32,000 bases of DNA from an archaeon (GCA_024277355.1 JAJRVL010000004.1:120001-152000); one strand, 5' to 3'; numbered from the stretch's first letter, positions 1 through 9,385 are shown. The notes: a model not told the origin generated them from the sequence alone. Program-made: numbers and translations.

Positions 1-2387
1 GGAGTTGAGTCTGTTTTCATTTGAACTTCAATTGAAGCAGCTTCATAATTTGGTTCAACAAAAGTTCCTCCAAAAATTTCTTTTCCATCCGCATAACCTT
101 TTAAATCACATTTTCCGTCTCCGGTTTTATCCTGACAAACAAAAAACTGGAAAGTAGAATTATCCCAATTTTTTAAAATTATTCTTGGCTGAGCTGAAGA
201 AGAAAAAGATTCATAAGAAAAAGTCAATCCATTTTCTTTTGCATCAAGGAAATCAACTAAAACTGAAGTTCTAGGATAATAATTTAATGTTTTTATAGTG
301 CTTGGAATTTCACCGTGTTTTGTTCCATTTTCATCAAATACAATAATTGAAAAAAACCCTTTTTTACTTTTATCATATTCCTGTAACATAACTGAAAATT
401 GTTTGTCTGCTTTTGTTTCTGCTTTATCTAAATAAACTATATGTTCAGGAACTTTAGAACCTGGATTTCTTATTATTTTTTTTCCATCAACAGAAGCAAT
501 CTGCAAGTTTTTTTGTTTTCCGTCAGAAGTTTTTGGAGTTTCTGAAGAAATTACCGGAGAATCAAATAACAATGAATCACTTTTTCCAAAAAACTTGTTT
601 ATTCCGTTTTCACTAAAATCAATTATCCCAGTGTTTTCAGTTATTGGCTGAGGAAAAACTGCTCCAAACACACCATATATTATGTCTTTTAAATAATCAT
701 AATAATTAGTTGAATTTGAATCCTTAATAATTAAATTATATTTTTTTCCTTTAATTAATTCAACAGTAAAACGATCTTTTTTTGCTATATCAGGATTAAT
801 TACAATAATATCATTGTCTTCTTTTAATGCCTTAAAATCAATTATGTTTTCAAAGTTTTCTTTTGCAAAAACCTTGTAATTATCTTCTCCTAAAATTACA
901 GTTAAAGTAAATTTATTATCTGGTTTTGAAACAATTGTTTTAGCAGTATCTTTTGGAACAGTAATTTGAGTGTTTTCTGCAGAATTACTCCAAACCCATG
1001 CTTTAGTTGCAGTTGAATCAGGAATTTTAATTGTTATTTCTTCTCCTTGAGAAAATAAAACAGGCCAAGTATTTATTCCTTCAGAATCCACTCTTAAAGT
1101 AGTAAATGGAACAAAAACTTCTTTTCCAGTTGAATCTTCTACAATTGGAGTAACTGAAACTGAATCCATTGCATTAATTACTTCTTCTGGAATTAAAACA
1201 TCAATTTTTGCTGTCTGTTTTTTTATGTTAATTTTATTTCTTAAATCAATTACAGTATCAGAAGAAACAATAATTTTATCTGAAACCCAATCCTGCAATT
1301 CAGAGGAATTTGAAATTAATTTTAATTTATAAGAATTTTTTGGAACTTTACCTGAAAGCAAAGCAAAAGAATTCTGTGAAAGATAAATTGATTTTGCATT
1401 AATTGTATCATAAAAATCAAAAGTTAATTTTCCTTCATTTAAATAATCCATTACTTCTAAACCTAAATTTATTTTTAAATTAAATTCTTTTTCTTCATAA
1501 AGTTGTTTTGTTTTAACTTGTTTTAATAAATCATAACCATCTAAAATAGAAAATTCAATTGTGTTTGCCTGGCTTGCAATAACAGATTTCAGTATTTGTC
1601 TGTTGCTGATTATTAATTCAATCGAAGTTCTTTCAGGTACAAAAGAAAATTCTAATACAGGAGTAGTTTTATCAAAAGAATCTAAACCAAAAAAATAAAC
1701 AAATAAGGGAAGTCCTTCTAATTTATATAAAACAGGAGTTTTTGGATCCAAATTTTCTGTTTCAAAAGAATATTTTCCGTTTCCTAAACTTTTAGCTAAA
1801 GGAATTTCTTTCAGTGTATCTGTTTCATTATAAGTTATTGCTAAAGAAACAGTGTTATCTGAATTAACTGAAACTAATTCGACATCAACAATTGAACAAG
1901 AAGCAGTTCTATTTGATGCAGTTAATTCAATTGATGCATTTGAAAATAATCCTGTACCACAATCATATTCTATAAAAGGAAATTCTTTACTTTCCATAAA
2001 CCAGAAATAAGAAGGTTTGCTGACAGTTCCAATTGAAATTTTTGCAGCCTCAACTGAAGTTCCTATAAAAGAAGATCTAGCATTCTTTATTCCAATCCAA
2101 TAAGGAGAATATTCATTTCCATTAATTATCCTGTAAGTTCTCCCAACAGGAACATTTTCCAGAATTGTTTTTCCTGAATCAAAATAATATTTTTCTTTTG
2201 GGTTTGACTGAAAAGAAAGAGCAGAAACAGATGAATAATAATTGTTTAATAAAGTATCAGAAATTACTCCTGCACTCCAGTTAGAGTTAGCCTGAATTGC
2301 TCCTGAATTATCATAATAAAAGTTTTCTTCAGCTGAAACAAAAGAAAACAAAAAAATTAAAACCAAAAATAAAATTATTTTTTTCAT
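1..2387 (-). CDS. Large secreted/envelope protein, 3'-truncated by window edge; N-terminus MKKIILFLVLIFLFSFVSAEENFYYD (signal peptide)
   Basis: Open reading frame read by translating the minus strand from ATG at 2387-2385 and continuing to position 1; hydrophobic signal peptide; immediately follows the stop of the upstream gene (TTAAATG). Confidence 0.85.
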   Translation of the reverse strand, partial: MKKIILFLVLIFLFSFVSAEENFYYDNSGAIQANSNWSAGVISDTLLNNYYSSVSALSFQSNPKEKYYFDSGKTILENVPVGRTYRIINGNEYSPYWIGIKNARSSFIGTSVEAAKISIGTVSKPSYFWFMESKEFPFIEYDCGTGLFSNASIELTASNRTASCSIVDVELVSVNSDNTVSLAITYNETDTLKEIPLAKSLGNGKYSFETENLDPKTPVLYKLEGLPLFVYFFGLDSFDKTTPVLEFSFVPERTSIELIISNRQILKSVIASQANTIEFSILDGYDLLKQVKTKQLYEEKEFNLKINLGLEVMDYLNEGKLTFDFYDTINAKSIYLSQNSFALLSGKVPKNSYKLKLISNSSELQDWVSDKIIVSSDTVIDLRNKINIKKQTAKIDVLIPEEVINAMDSVSVTPIVEDSTGKEVFVPFTTLRVDSEGINTWPVLFSQGEEITIKIPDSTATKAWVWSNSAENTQITVPKDTAKTIVSKPDNKFTLTVILGEDNYKVFAKENFENIIDFKALKEDNDIIVINPDIAKKDRFTVELIKGKKYNLIIKDSNSTNYYDYLKDIIYGVFGAVFPQPITENTGIIDFSENGINKFFGKSDSLLFDSPVISSETPKTSDGKQKNLQIASVDGKKIIRNPGSKVPEHIVYLDKAETKADKQFSVMLQEYDKSKKGFFSIIVFDENGTKHGEIPSTIKTLNYYPRTSVLVDFLDAKENGLTFSYESFSSSAQPRIILKNWDNSTFQFFVCQDKTGDGKCDLKGYADGKEIFGGTFVEPNYEAASIEVQMKTDST

Positions 2388-2996
2388 TTAACACACCCTC
2401 TCTAATTCAGCTAAAACTGTTTCATTTTCTAATTTTGTTTCAGAAAAATCAGTTGTATCTGCAATAAAAGAATTTAAATTTGCTTTTTCTTCAAAGCCTA
2501 AATGAACTTCATTAAAAGCAAAAATTAATTCATTTGTTTTCATTAGTTTTTCATTTAATTTAATTGTGTTTTCTCCAATTAACTTTAATTCAGTTTTATT
2601 TGAACACAAATTACTTCCGGTTATTGTTTTTGAATTTAATTTATCTGAAATAATTTTTGTTTTTAAAGCTAAATTTAATTCATCAACTAACAATAAATGA
2701 ACTTCAACAAAATCAGTTAATGCTTCAGTGTCTTTTGTTTGCGTCATTTTAGAAAGAGAATTCTGAAATGAACTTAAATCATCATTTAATGCTTCCAAAT
2801 TAGATTCAGAGAATTCTATTTCAGTTGAATTATTTAATAAAAATGCAGAATTAACTTTATTTTTTGTCCATAAACCATTAATTTCTTTTATTCCGTCAGA
2901 AAAAGTCATTGATTGTGTTTGCTGATTAAAAAACAAAATATAGACAGCAGTTAAAACAATTATTACTCCTATTCCTGCAATAATTTTTGAATTCAT
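2388..2996 (-). CDS. Membrane-anchored small protein, paralog of 4009..4614, N-terminal TM, C-terminal Cys
   Basis: ORF; N-terminal hydrophobic helix, FSDGIKEINGLW motif shared with FNSGLTEINSLW in 4009..4614; 1-nt overlap with neighbour (TAATG). Confidence 0.8.
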   Translation of the reverse strand: MNSKIIAGIGVIIVLTAVYILFFNQQTQSMTFSDGIKEINGLWTKNKVNSAFLLNNSTEIEFSESNLEALNDDLSSFQNSLSKMTQTKDTEALTDFVEVHLLLVDELNLALKTKIISDKLNSKTITGSNLCSNKTELKLIGENTIKLNEKLMKTNELIFAFNEVHLGFEEKANLNSFIADTTDFSETKLENETVLAELERVC

Positions 2997-4009
2997 TAAT
3001 TCACTCCCATAATCTTATTATATTGAATTAAAATTGAATTATTAATTTGTTTTTGCAATTCAGTTAAATTTGTTGGCACTGGTTGATCCTTTTTGTCATC
3101 AGGTTTGTCTTCTATTTTGTCAGCTGGTTTAACTTCTGCTTTTCCACCAACCAAAGCAGGATCTTTTGGAGTTAAGGCAACAGTAAAATAATATCTTAAT
3201 TTTTTATAATATTCTTTTGGATTACCTTCTTTTGCAGAAATTCTTATGTCTGCAATTCCATCACAATCAAAAAACTTACTACTAGGCATATAAATATCTG
3301 TTATACTGCTGCATAAGTCTTTCCCTGTTTCTGCATTAGTTAACCTAAATACTGCTTTTTCTTCTTTATAATTAACTGAATCAAGATTAAATTTAACTAC
3401 TGTATTAGAAATTAAATCTGAATTAATTTTTTCTTTTTCATATTCAAAATAAAATTCATGAAAAATGTTTCTTGAATCATTTGATTTAATAAATGAACTA
3501 AATCTTTTAGCAAGATATTTTTTTACTAAATTATCTGTGAATTTAGTCGTTATTTCTATTTTAACATCATTAAAAGGCGGCTTTGCATTTGAAACGTTTA
3601 TTGATAAAGTAATTAAAGGGTCAGTTAAACCCAAACCAAAAATTTTATCTTTAAAAGCACATTCTTGTTCATAAGGAAAAGAATCAGAATCACTTAAATT
3701 AAGTGTTTTTCCAAAATAATTACTGCATTTTAATTGAACTTCTTTTTTTAAATTAGAATCAAAAAAAGAATCCTCTAAAGCAATATAAACATTAACTGGA
3801 ATACTGAAATTAGTTGACGCAGCATAATACCCTTCGCCAATTTCAACTTTGATTTTTCCTTTATAATCTTCTAAAGGAATTTCACAAAAAGAATTAAAAG
3901 GAATATTTCCTGCAAAAACATTTTCTGATTGTTTAATACAATTAACTTCTTCAGCTGAAACAAAAGACAAAATCAAAACAAAAATTAAAGCAAATAAAAG
4001 TTTTTTCAT
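2996..4009 (-). CDS. Secreted/envelope protein with signal peptide MKKLLFALIFVLILSFVSAEE; start re-assigned to ATG at 4009 (track gives TTG at 4015)
   Basis: ORF; signal peptide nearly identical in style to the gene at 1-2387; AAGGGGG SD-like motif upstream of the internal ATG; TAATG junction. Confidence 0.8.
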   Translation of the reverse strand: MKKLLFALIFVLILSFVSAEEVNCIKQSENVFAGNIPFNSFCEIPLEDYKGKIKVEIGEGYYAASTNFSIPVNVYIALEDSFFDSNLKKEVQLKCSNYFGKTLNLSDSDSFPYEQECAFKDKIFGLGLTDPLITLSINVSNAKPPFNDVKIEITTKFTDNLVKKYLAKRFSSFIKSNDSRNIFHEFYFEYEKEKINSDLISNTVVKFNLDSVNYKEEKAVFRLTNAETGKDLCSSITDIYMPSSKFFDCDGIADIRISAKEGNPKEYYKKLRYYFTVALTPKDPALVGGKAEVKPADKIEDKPDDKKDQPVPTNLTELQKQINNSILIQYNKIMGVN

Positions 4010-4614
4010 TAACAAACCCCCTTTAAGGTTAAAACCATTGATTCTAAATCTGAAAGTTTTTGTTCAGAAGAAACTTCTAATGAAAGAACGCTTAAACCTG
4101 ATTTTTCTGCTTCGTCAGGGTAAGCTTCAGAAAAAGCTAAAACTTTTTCATTAAATGATTCAGCTGAATTTTTCTGCAATACAAGGTTTTCCTGTAAATC
4201 CTGTACTTTATTTGAATAAGAACATAAAACATCAAAATTATAGTTATTTGATTCAAAAAAATCAATTGAAACAAAATTTTCTTTCTGCAGTAAAGCATTG
4301 TTAATTAAATGAATTTGAGTTTCTAATAACAAATCTAATTTTTCTTTGTCTTCTGAATTTTCTTTTTCTTTTAAGGATTCCTTAAAATCAGTTAAATCTG
4401 ATTTTAATTCAATTAATTTTGTTTTTTCTGCTGCATAAACTTTTAATGGAGAAATTAAATATTCAGTTTTTAATCCTTGTTTTTCCCATAAAGAATTAAT
4501 TTCAGTTAAACCTGAATTAAAAGAAAAAGTTTCCTGGGTTTCATTAAAAAAAACAAAATAAACTGCAATAACTGCAATTAATGTAATTCCAATTAAAAAA
4601 TAATTTTTATTCAA
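4009..4614 (-). CDS. Membrane-anchored small protein, paralog of 2388..2996
   Basis: ORF; shared N-terminal TM, shared EIN.LW motif, shared internal Cys and C-terminal -VC. Confidence 0.8.
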   Translation of the reverse strand: MNKNYFLIGITLIAVIAVYFVFFNETQETFSFNSGLTEINSLWEKQGLKTEYLISPLKVYAAEKTKLIELKSDLTDFKESLKEKENSEDKEKLDLLLETQIHLINNALLQKENFVSIDFFESNNYNFDVLCSYSNKVQDLQENLVLQKNSAESFNEKVLAFSEAYPDEAEKSGLSVLSLEVSSEQKLSDLESMVLTLKGVC

Positions 4615-4702
4615 TTAAATCCCTGAATATAATGCGTAATACAACAATATAAAGTTTTTCTATTTAAAGGTTTGTACAAAAAAATATTATGGGGATAAAA
4701 AA

Positions 4703-5209
4703 ATGCATGTAAGAGAAGCAATACAAAACAGAAGAAGTATAAGAAAATATAAAGACAAAGAAATTGAAACAGAAAAAATTGAATTATTAAAAGAAGCAGT
4801 TTTATGGGCTCCTTCTGCAGGAAATGTTCAGGCAAGAAAATTTTATTTTATTACAAAAAAAGAAATAAAAGAAAAATTAAAAGAATGTTTCAGAAAAGAT
4901 TTTATTACACAAGTTCCCTTGCTGATTATTGCATGTGGCAAAAAGAATTCAATTAATGAAAAGTTCGGCGAAAATTCTCATTTAAAATATAATCCAATTG
5001 ATGTTTCTGCAAGCATTGAAAATTTAATGCTGCAGGCAGTTGAATTAGAATTAGGTTCATGCTGGATTGGAAACATTAATGCAGAACAAACAAGAGAAAT
5101 CTTAAAAATTCCAGAAAACGAAAATATTATTGGAGGAATAACAATAGGTTACCCTGCAGAAAAAGGCGAAAAAAAAATAAGGGAAAAAATAATTGAGGAA
5201 ATGAAATAA
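4703..5209 (+). CDS. Nitroreductase family protein (FMN-dependent)
   Basis: MHVREAIQNRRSIRKYKDKEIE..., WAPSAGNVQARKFYF, LGSCWIGNI and GYP are nitroreductase-family motifs. Confidence 0.9.
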   Translation: MHVREAIQNRRSIRKYKDKEIETEKIELLKEAVLWAPSAGNVQARKFYFITKKEIKEKLKECFRKDFITQVPLLIIACGKKNSINEKFGENSHLKYNPIDVSASIENLMLQAVELELGSCWIGNINAEQTREILKIPENENIIGGITIGYPAEKGEKKIREKIIEEMK

Positions 5210-5695
5210 ATGGCAAAAAAAGATTTAAAATCCTTAAAGCCAAAAGGATTTATTGACGAAATAAGAGAAATTAAAAGAGAGCTAAGAGTTTACAACAGAG
5301 AAAAAGCAGATTATTATAAAACATTAAATAAAAACCCAAAACATTTTGAATTAAACCGGTATTCAAGCAGTGCAAATATTGCATTAAACAGAGCAAAAAA
5401 AACAGCTGAAACTGCATTAAGAAGAATGACTCAGTCAAGACACAAAATAGAATCAGAACAAAAAAATAAAGTTGAAGAATTATTAAAAGAAATTAACACA
5501 AACATTAAAGAAAGAAATAAAAGAAGAACAAGAGAAGTTTTTGAAAAAGAAGGATTAGAAAAAGTAAGACAAATTAAAAGAAAAAATGCAGAAGGAAAAT
5601 TCAGGAAAGTCTGGAAAACTAAAAGCGCTTATGGTTTAGGATTGCATTTAATTGGAAGAATGAAATCAGCTTCCATAAGAAAAAGAAGACCTTAA
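5210..5695 (+). CDS. Small highly basic alpha-helical protein, unknown function
   Basis: ORF with initiator directly after upstream stop; Lys/Arg-rich; paralogous to 5733..6185. Confidence 0.7.
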   Translation: MAKKDLKSLKPKGFIDEIREIKRELRVYNREKADYYKTLNKNPKHFELNRYSSSANIALNRAKKTAETALRRMTQSRHKIESEQKNKVEELLKEINTNIKERNKRRTREVFEKEGLEKVRQIKRKNAEGKFRKVWKTKSAYGLGLHLIGRMKSASIRKRRP

Positions 5696-5732
5696 ATTAA
5701 ACAAAAATATTGACTAAGGAAAAATAATTTTT

Positions 5733-6185
5733 ATGACTTGGAAGCAGGATAAAAAAAAACTTGAAAAATTCATGCAGGTTTATGATTACAGAAGAATAAA
5801 GTTAGCTGACGAAAAACAAGAAAAAAATCCTGATAAAATAAAATTAAAACAGCATAATTCTGTTTCAAATGTTGCTTTAAGGCAGGCAGTAAAATTTGCA
5901 GAAGAAATGAAACAAAAATTAAAAAATCCTGTTTATTTTGAAAATAACCAAAAAATTAAAACTGAATTGCTTAGATTTTTTGCTAAAATAAAAGGACTTG
6001 AATTAATTCATGCACAAAAAACAGGAAGAAGTAAAATAAAATCAATAAGACAAAAACAAAAAATTGGATTAAAAAGATTTAAAGAAATAAGAAAAATAAA
6101 AAAAACACACGGATTGTTTCCTCATTCGCTTAAAGATAAAAAACCGCAAAGAAGAACCAGAATAATAATAAAATTTCCAAAATAA
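5733..6185 (+). CDS. Small highly basic alpha-helical protein, paralog of 5210..5695
   Basis: ORF; NSVSNVALRQAVKFAEEM aligns with SSSANIALNRAKKTAETAL; similar basic C-terminus. Confidence 0.65.
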   Translation: MTWKQDKKKLEKFMQVYDYRRIKLADEKQEKNPDKIKLKQHNSVSNVALRQAVKFAEEMKQKLKNPVYFENNQKIKTELLRFFAKIKGLELIHAQKTGRSKIKSIRQKQKIGLKRFKEIRKIKKTHGLFPHSLKDKKPQRRTRIIIKFPK

Positions 6186-6226
6186 AAAAACCATTTGCTT
6201 TGCAAACAAAAAAATTAATTAAAAGA

Positions 6227-6270
6227 GAAAAAAAAATTAATTAAAACTCAAAAGAAAACTCTCTTTCAAT
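6227..6270. repeat. 44-nt duplicate of the ileS 3' end (other copy 6333-6376), 1 mismatch
   Basis: Direct comparison: gaaaaaaaaattaattaaaa[c/t]tcaaaagaaaactctctttcaat in both. Confidence 0.85.
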
Positions 6271-6289
6271 CAACTGTTTCGGCAGTTGA
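6270..6289 (+). repeat. Perfect hairpin TCAACTG-TTTCGG-CAGTTGA (UUCG-type tetraloop if U-G closes)
   Basis: Inverted repeat read directly. Confidence 0.75.
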
Positions 6290-6297
6290 GTGCGATA

Positions 6298-6314
6298 TGC
6301 TATCTGCGATAGCA
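6298..6314. repeat. Palindrome TGCTATC-TGC-GATAGCA, related to 9265-9284
   Basis: Inverted repeat; minus strand tgctatcgcagatagca versus plus strand tgctatcgttagatagca at 9266-9283. Confidence 0.75.
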
Positions 6315-6346
6315 GTGCAATAAACTTTTAAAGAAAAAAAAATTAA

Positions 6347-9181
6347 TTAAAATTCAAAAGAAAACTCTCTTTCAATTAATTTCTTTTTTTCATTTGAATT
6401 AAAATCTTTTATTTTAGTGTTAGTTGAATCTTCAATTTCTTTTTTGTATTTTTCAAGAAAACTTTTATCTGAACAATTTAATTTAATTTCAATTACTTCA
6501 TTTGGATTAAATTTCTTGTTTTTTCTTTCAGACTGAATTAATCTTGTTAATTCAGCTAACTCCCATTTTTCTTTTAAATCTGAATCAGCTTCAAGATTTA
6601 AATGAATTTTAATTTCCTTTAATTCAGCTGAAATAAATTTTCCTTTTTGCTTTGAATTTACAACACTAACTTTTTCTACATTAGCCATAGAAGAAATTAT
6701 TTCTTTTGTGTTTTCAAATGACTGATTTGATTCAATTACTAATTCTTTTAGTTTCCATCTTAACCTTAATTTTTCTTTTTCTCTTAAAGACAACGCTGAC
6801 TGAACAATTTCTTTTACAAACGAAAATTCTTTTTCTAATTCTTTATTAATCATTTTTTCATTTGAGTCAGGAAAATCCAATAAATGAACTGATTCAGGCA
6901 TTTCTTTTGTTTTGAAATTTAAATAAACATATTCAGTTAAATGAGGCAAAACAGGAGACATTATTTTTAACAAATTAATTAAAACATAATTCATTGTATC
7001 TGAAGCAGTTTTGTCTTTTCTGTTTCTGATTAACTTAATATAAGTTCGACTGAATTCTTCTGTAATAAACCAATTCAAAGAAGAAATAATTTTTGGATAC
7101 AAATAATTTTCATAAAAATAGTCTGTTTCTTTAATTAAAGAATTTAATTTAGATAAAATCCATTTATCTTCTGCTTTTAAATTTTTTAATTCTTTTTCTT
7201 TAATTAAAGGATTTTTTTCTAAATACAAATTTAAGTAATTAAATGAATTGAAGAATACACTGAAAAACTTATTTATATCTTTAAATGCATTCCAGTTAAA
7301 GACAATGTCTTCGCCTTTAGATAAAGAACAAAAATAATACCTTAAAAAATCCCTGTTATATTTTTCTATTACTTCTTTTGGCTGAACAGCATTTCCTTTT
7401 GATTTAGACATCTTTTTTTTACTTAAATCCAATACCATTCCATGAACCATAATTGACTTGAAAGGAAGCTTGTCAAAACAAATAGTTGAAGTAATTAACT
7501 GCGAATTCCACCATCCACGAACTTGTTCTGTTGCTTCAATATTTAAATCTGCAGGCCAAAATTTTTCAAATAAATCTTTTTTTTGAGGAAACCTTAATGC
7601 AGCCCAAGATGAAACCCCTGCATCAAACCATACATCTAATACTTCAGGAACCCTTGTAAATTGTCCTCCGCATTTACAGTCAAATTTAACTTCATCTATT
7701 TCAGGTTTATGCAAGTCAAGTTTATCTGAAACTTTAGCTGATTTTTTTAATTCATCCAAAGAACCAAAAACTTTTCTTTCACTGCATTTACTGCAATTCC
7801 AGATTGGCAAAGGAGTACCCCAATATCTTGCTCTTGAAATAGGCCAGTCAGATAAAGATTCAATCCAGTTTTTCATTCTGTCATTCATCCATGAAGGAAC
7901 CCAGTTATTTTCTGAATTTAATTTTAACATTCTTTCTCTGATTGAAGAAACTTTAAAAAACCACTGAGGAACTGAAAGCATTAACAAAGGAGTTTTGCAT
8001 CTCCAGCAAACAGGATAATCATGAGTAAAAGAATGCTTGAAAACTAATGAATTTAATTCTTCTAAATCTGAAACAATTTCTTTATCTACAATTCTTGCTT
8101 TTTTTCCTTTATATTTTCCTGCTTCTTCAGTCATTTCTCCGTTTAATGCAACAGGAGAAAGTGATGGAAGTCCATTTTCTTTTCCTACTTCAAAGTCTTC
8201 TCTTCCATGTCCTGGAGCACAATGAACTAAACCAGTTCCTTCATCTAAATTAACATACCTTGAACTTAAAACAATTCTATAACCTTTACTCATGTCTTTT
8301 AACTTTAAATTTTTAAATAAAGGATTTTCATATTTCCAGTCTTTTAGTTCTTTTCCTTTCCAGACTTTTTTTTCTGTAAAACCTGATTCAATTAAATCCA
8401 TTAATTTTTGCACTAATTCTTTTGCAATAATCCAGTGTTCACCTGAACTTAATTCTATTTCAGAATACTCATAATCAGGATGAACCATTACTCCAGTGTT
8501 AGCAGGCAAAGTCCAAGGAGTAGTAGTCCAGATAACCAAAAAAGTATTTTTTTTGTCTTTTAACGGAAATTTAACATAAACTGAATTATCTGTCTGCTTA
8601 ATGTATTCAATTTCATTAAATGAAACTGCGGTTTCACATCTAGGACAAACATGAACTGAATATTTATCTAAATAAAGTAATTTTTTTTCGTCTGCTTTTT
8701 TAAAAGTCCACCAAATGCTTTCAATATATTCATTTGTTAAAGTAATATAAGGATCATTCCAATCCATCCATACTCCAAGATTTTCAAATTCAGAATTCTG
8801 CTGATCAATGAATTCTGTTGCATATTTTCTGCATCTTTCAATGAATTTTTTTATTCCATATTTTTGTATGTCTTGTTTTGATTTTGTTCCTATTTCTTTT
8901 TCTACTTGTAATTCAATTGGAGTCCCATGAGTGTCATATCCAGGCCGATCAAAAACATTAAATCCTTTAATTCTTTTGTATCTTATTGACACGTCTTTTA
9001 AAATTTTATTTAATGCTGTTCCCATATGAATATGACCGGTTGCATAAGGAGGACCGTCCATAAAATAAAAGTATTTTTTTTGTTTTGCACTTTGCTGTCT
9101 GGCTTTTTCAGGAATTTTGTTTTTAGTCCAATAACTTCTGATCTCTTCTTCTTGTTTCAGGGAAAAATTTTCTAAAGTCAT
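6347..9181 (-). CDS. ileS: Isoleucyl-tRNA synthetase
   Basis: 944 aa; HIGH-type signature PPYATGHIHMGTALNKILKD, KMSKS signature, class Ia CP1 region (TTPWTLPAN), WNCSKC/CDCGG-like zinc motifs. Confidence 0.97.
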   Translation of the reverse strand: MTLENFSLKQEEEIRSYWTKNKIPEKARQQSAKQKKYFYFMDGPPYATGHIHMGTALNKILKDVSIRYKRIKGFNVFDRPGYDTHGTPIELQVEKEIGTKSKQDIQKYGIKKFIERCRKYATEFIDQQNSEFENLGVWMDWNDPYITLTNEYIESIWWTFKKADEKKLLYLDKYSVHVCPRCETAVSFNEIEYIKQTDNSVYVKFPLKDKKNTFLVIWTTTPWTLPANTGVMVHPDYEYSEIELSSGEHWIIAKELVQKLMDLIESGFTEKKVWKGKELKDWKYENPLFKNLKLKDMSKGYRIVLSSRYVNLDEGTGLVHCAPGHGREDFEVGKENGLPSLSPVALNGEMTEEAGKYKGKKARIVDKEIVSDLEELNSLVFKHSFTHDYPVCWRCKTPLLMLSVPQWFFKVSSIRERMLKLNSENNWVPSWMNDRMKNWIESLSDWPISRARYWGTPLPIWNCSKCSERKVFGSLDELKKSAKVSDKLDLHKPEIDEVKFDCKCGGQFTRVPEVLDVWFDAGVSSWAALRFPQKKDLFEKFWPADLNIEATEQVRGWWNSQLITSTICFDKLPFKSIMVHGMVLDLSKKKMSKSKGNAVQPKEVIEKYNRDFLRYYFCSLSKGEDIVFNWNAFKDINKFFSVFFNSFNYLNLYLEKNPLIKEKELKNLKAEDKWILSKLNSLIKETDYFYENYLYPKIISSLNWFITEEFSRTYIKLIRNRKDKTASDTMNYVLINLLKIMSPVLPHLTEYVYLNFKTKEMPESVHLLDFPDSNEKMINKELEKEFSFVKEIVQSALSLREKEKLRLRWKLKELVIESNQSFENTKEIISSMANVEKVSVVNSKQKGKFISAELKEIKIHLNLEADSDLKEKWELAELTRLIQSERKNKKFNPNEVIEIKLNCSDKSFLEKYKKEIEDSTNTKIKDFNSNEKKKLIEREFSFEF

Positions 9182-9203
9182 AAAATCACAAATTGTTCTT
9201 GTT

Positions 9204-9309
9204 CAAACTTTTTGGAAAAAAGTTTGTGTTTTTGATAAACCTTTTTTTGAAAAAGGTTTTTGCAGTGCTATCGTTAGATAGCACGCGTGACTCGCGGACG
9301 CAACCGCGA
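9204..9309 (-). promoter_or_regulatory. Cluster of four hairpins between tRNA-Ile and ileS (9204-9226, 9237-9260, 9265-9284, 9292-9309)
   Basis: Inverted repeats: caaacttttt/aaaaagtttg; aaaccctttttt/aaaaaggttt with a bulged C; gtgctatc/gatagcac; tcgcgg/ccgcga. Confidence 0.5.
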
Positions 9310-9310
9310 T

Positions 9311-9385
9311 TGGGCACGGGAGGATTTGAACCCCCGACACTTGGTGTATAAGACCAATGCTCTAACCAGGCTGAGCTACGCGCCC
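9311..9385 (-). tRNA. tRNA-Ile (anticodon UAU, AUA decoding), intron-less, CCA not encoded
   Basis: Cloverleaf: GGGCGCG TA GCTC AGCCTGGTTA GAGC A TTGGT CTTATAC ACCAA GTGTC GGGGG TTCAAAT CCTCC CGTGCCC A; anticodon loop CU-UAU-AC. Confidence 0.93.

Noticed and set aside
4611-4835. 74-aa minus ORF
   Set aside because: Antisense to the nitroreductase start and its promoter region; aromatic-rich chance translation.
9311-9385. tRNA-Val(UAC) as alternative identity
   Set aside because: Aligning the 7-nt loop CUUAUAC between stems TTGGT/ACCAA places UAU at positions 34-36, not UAC.
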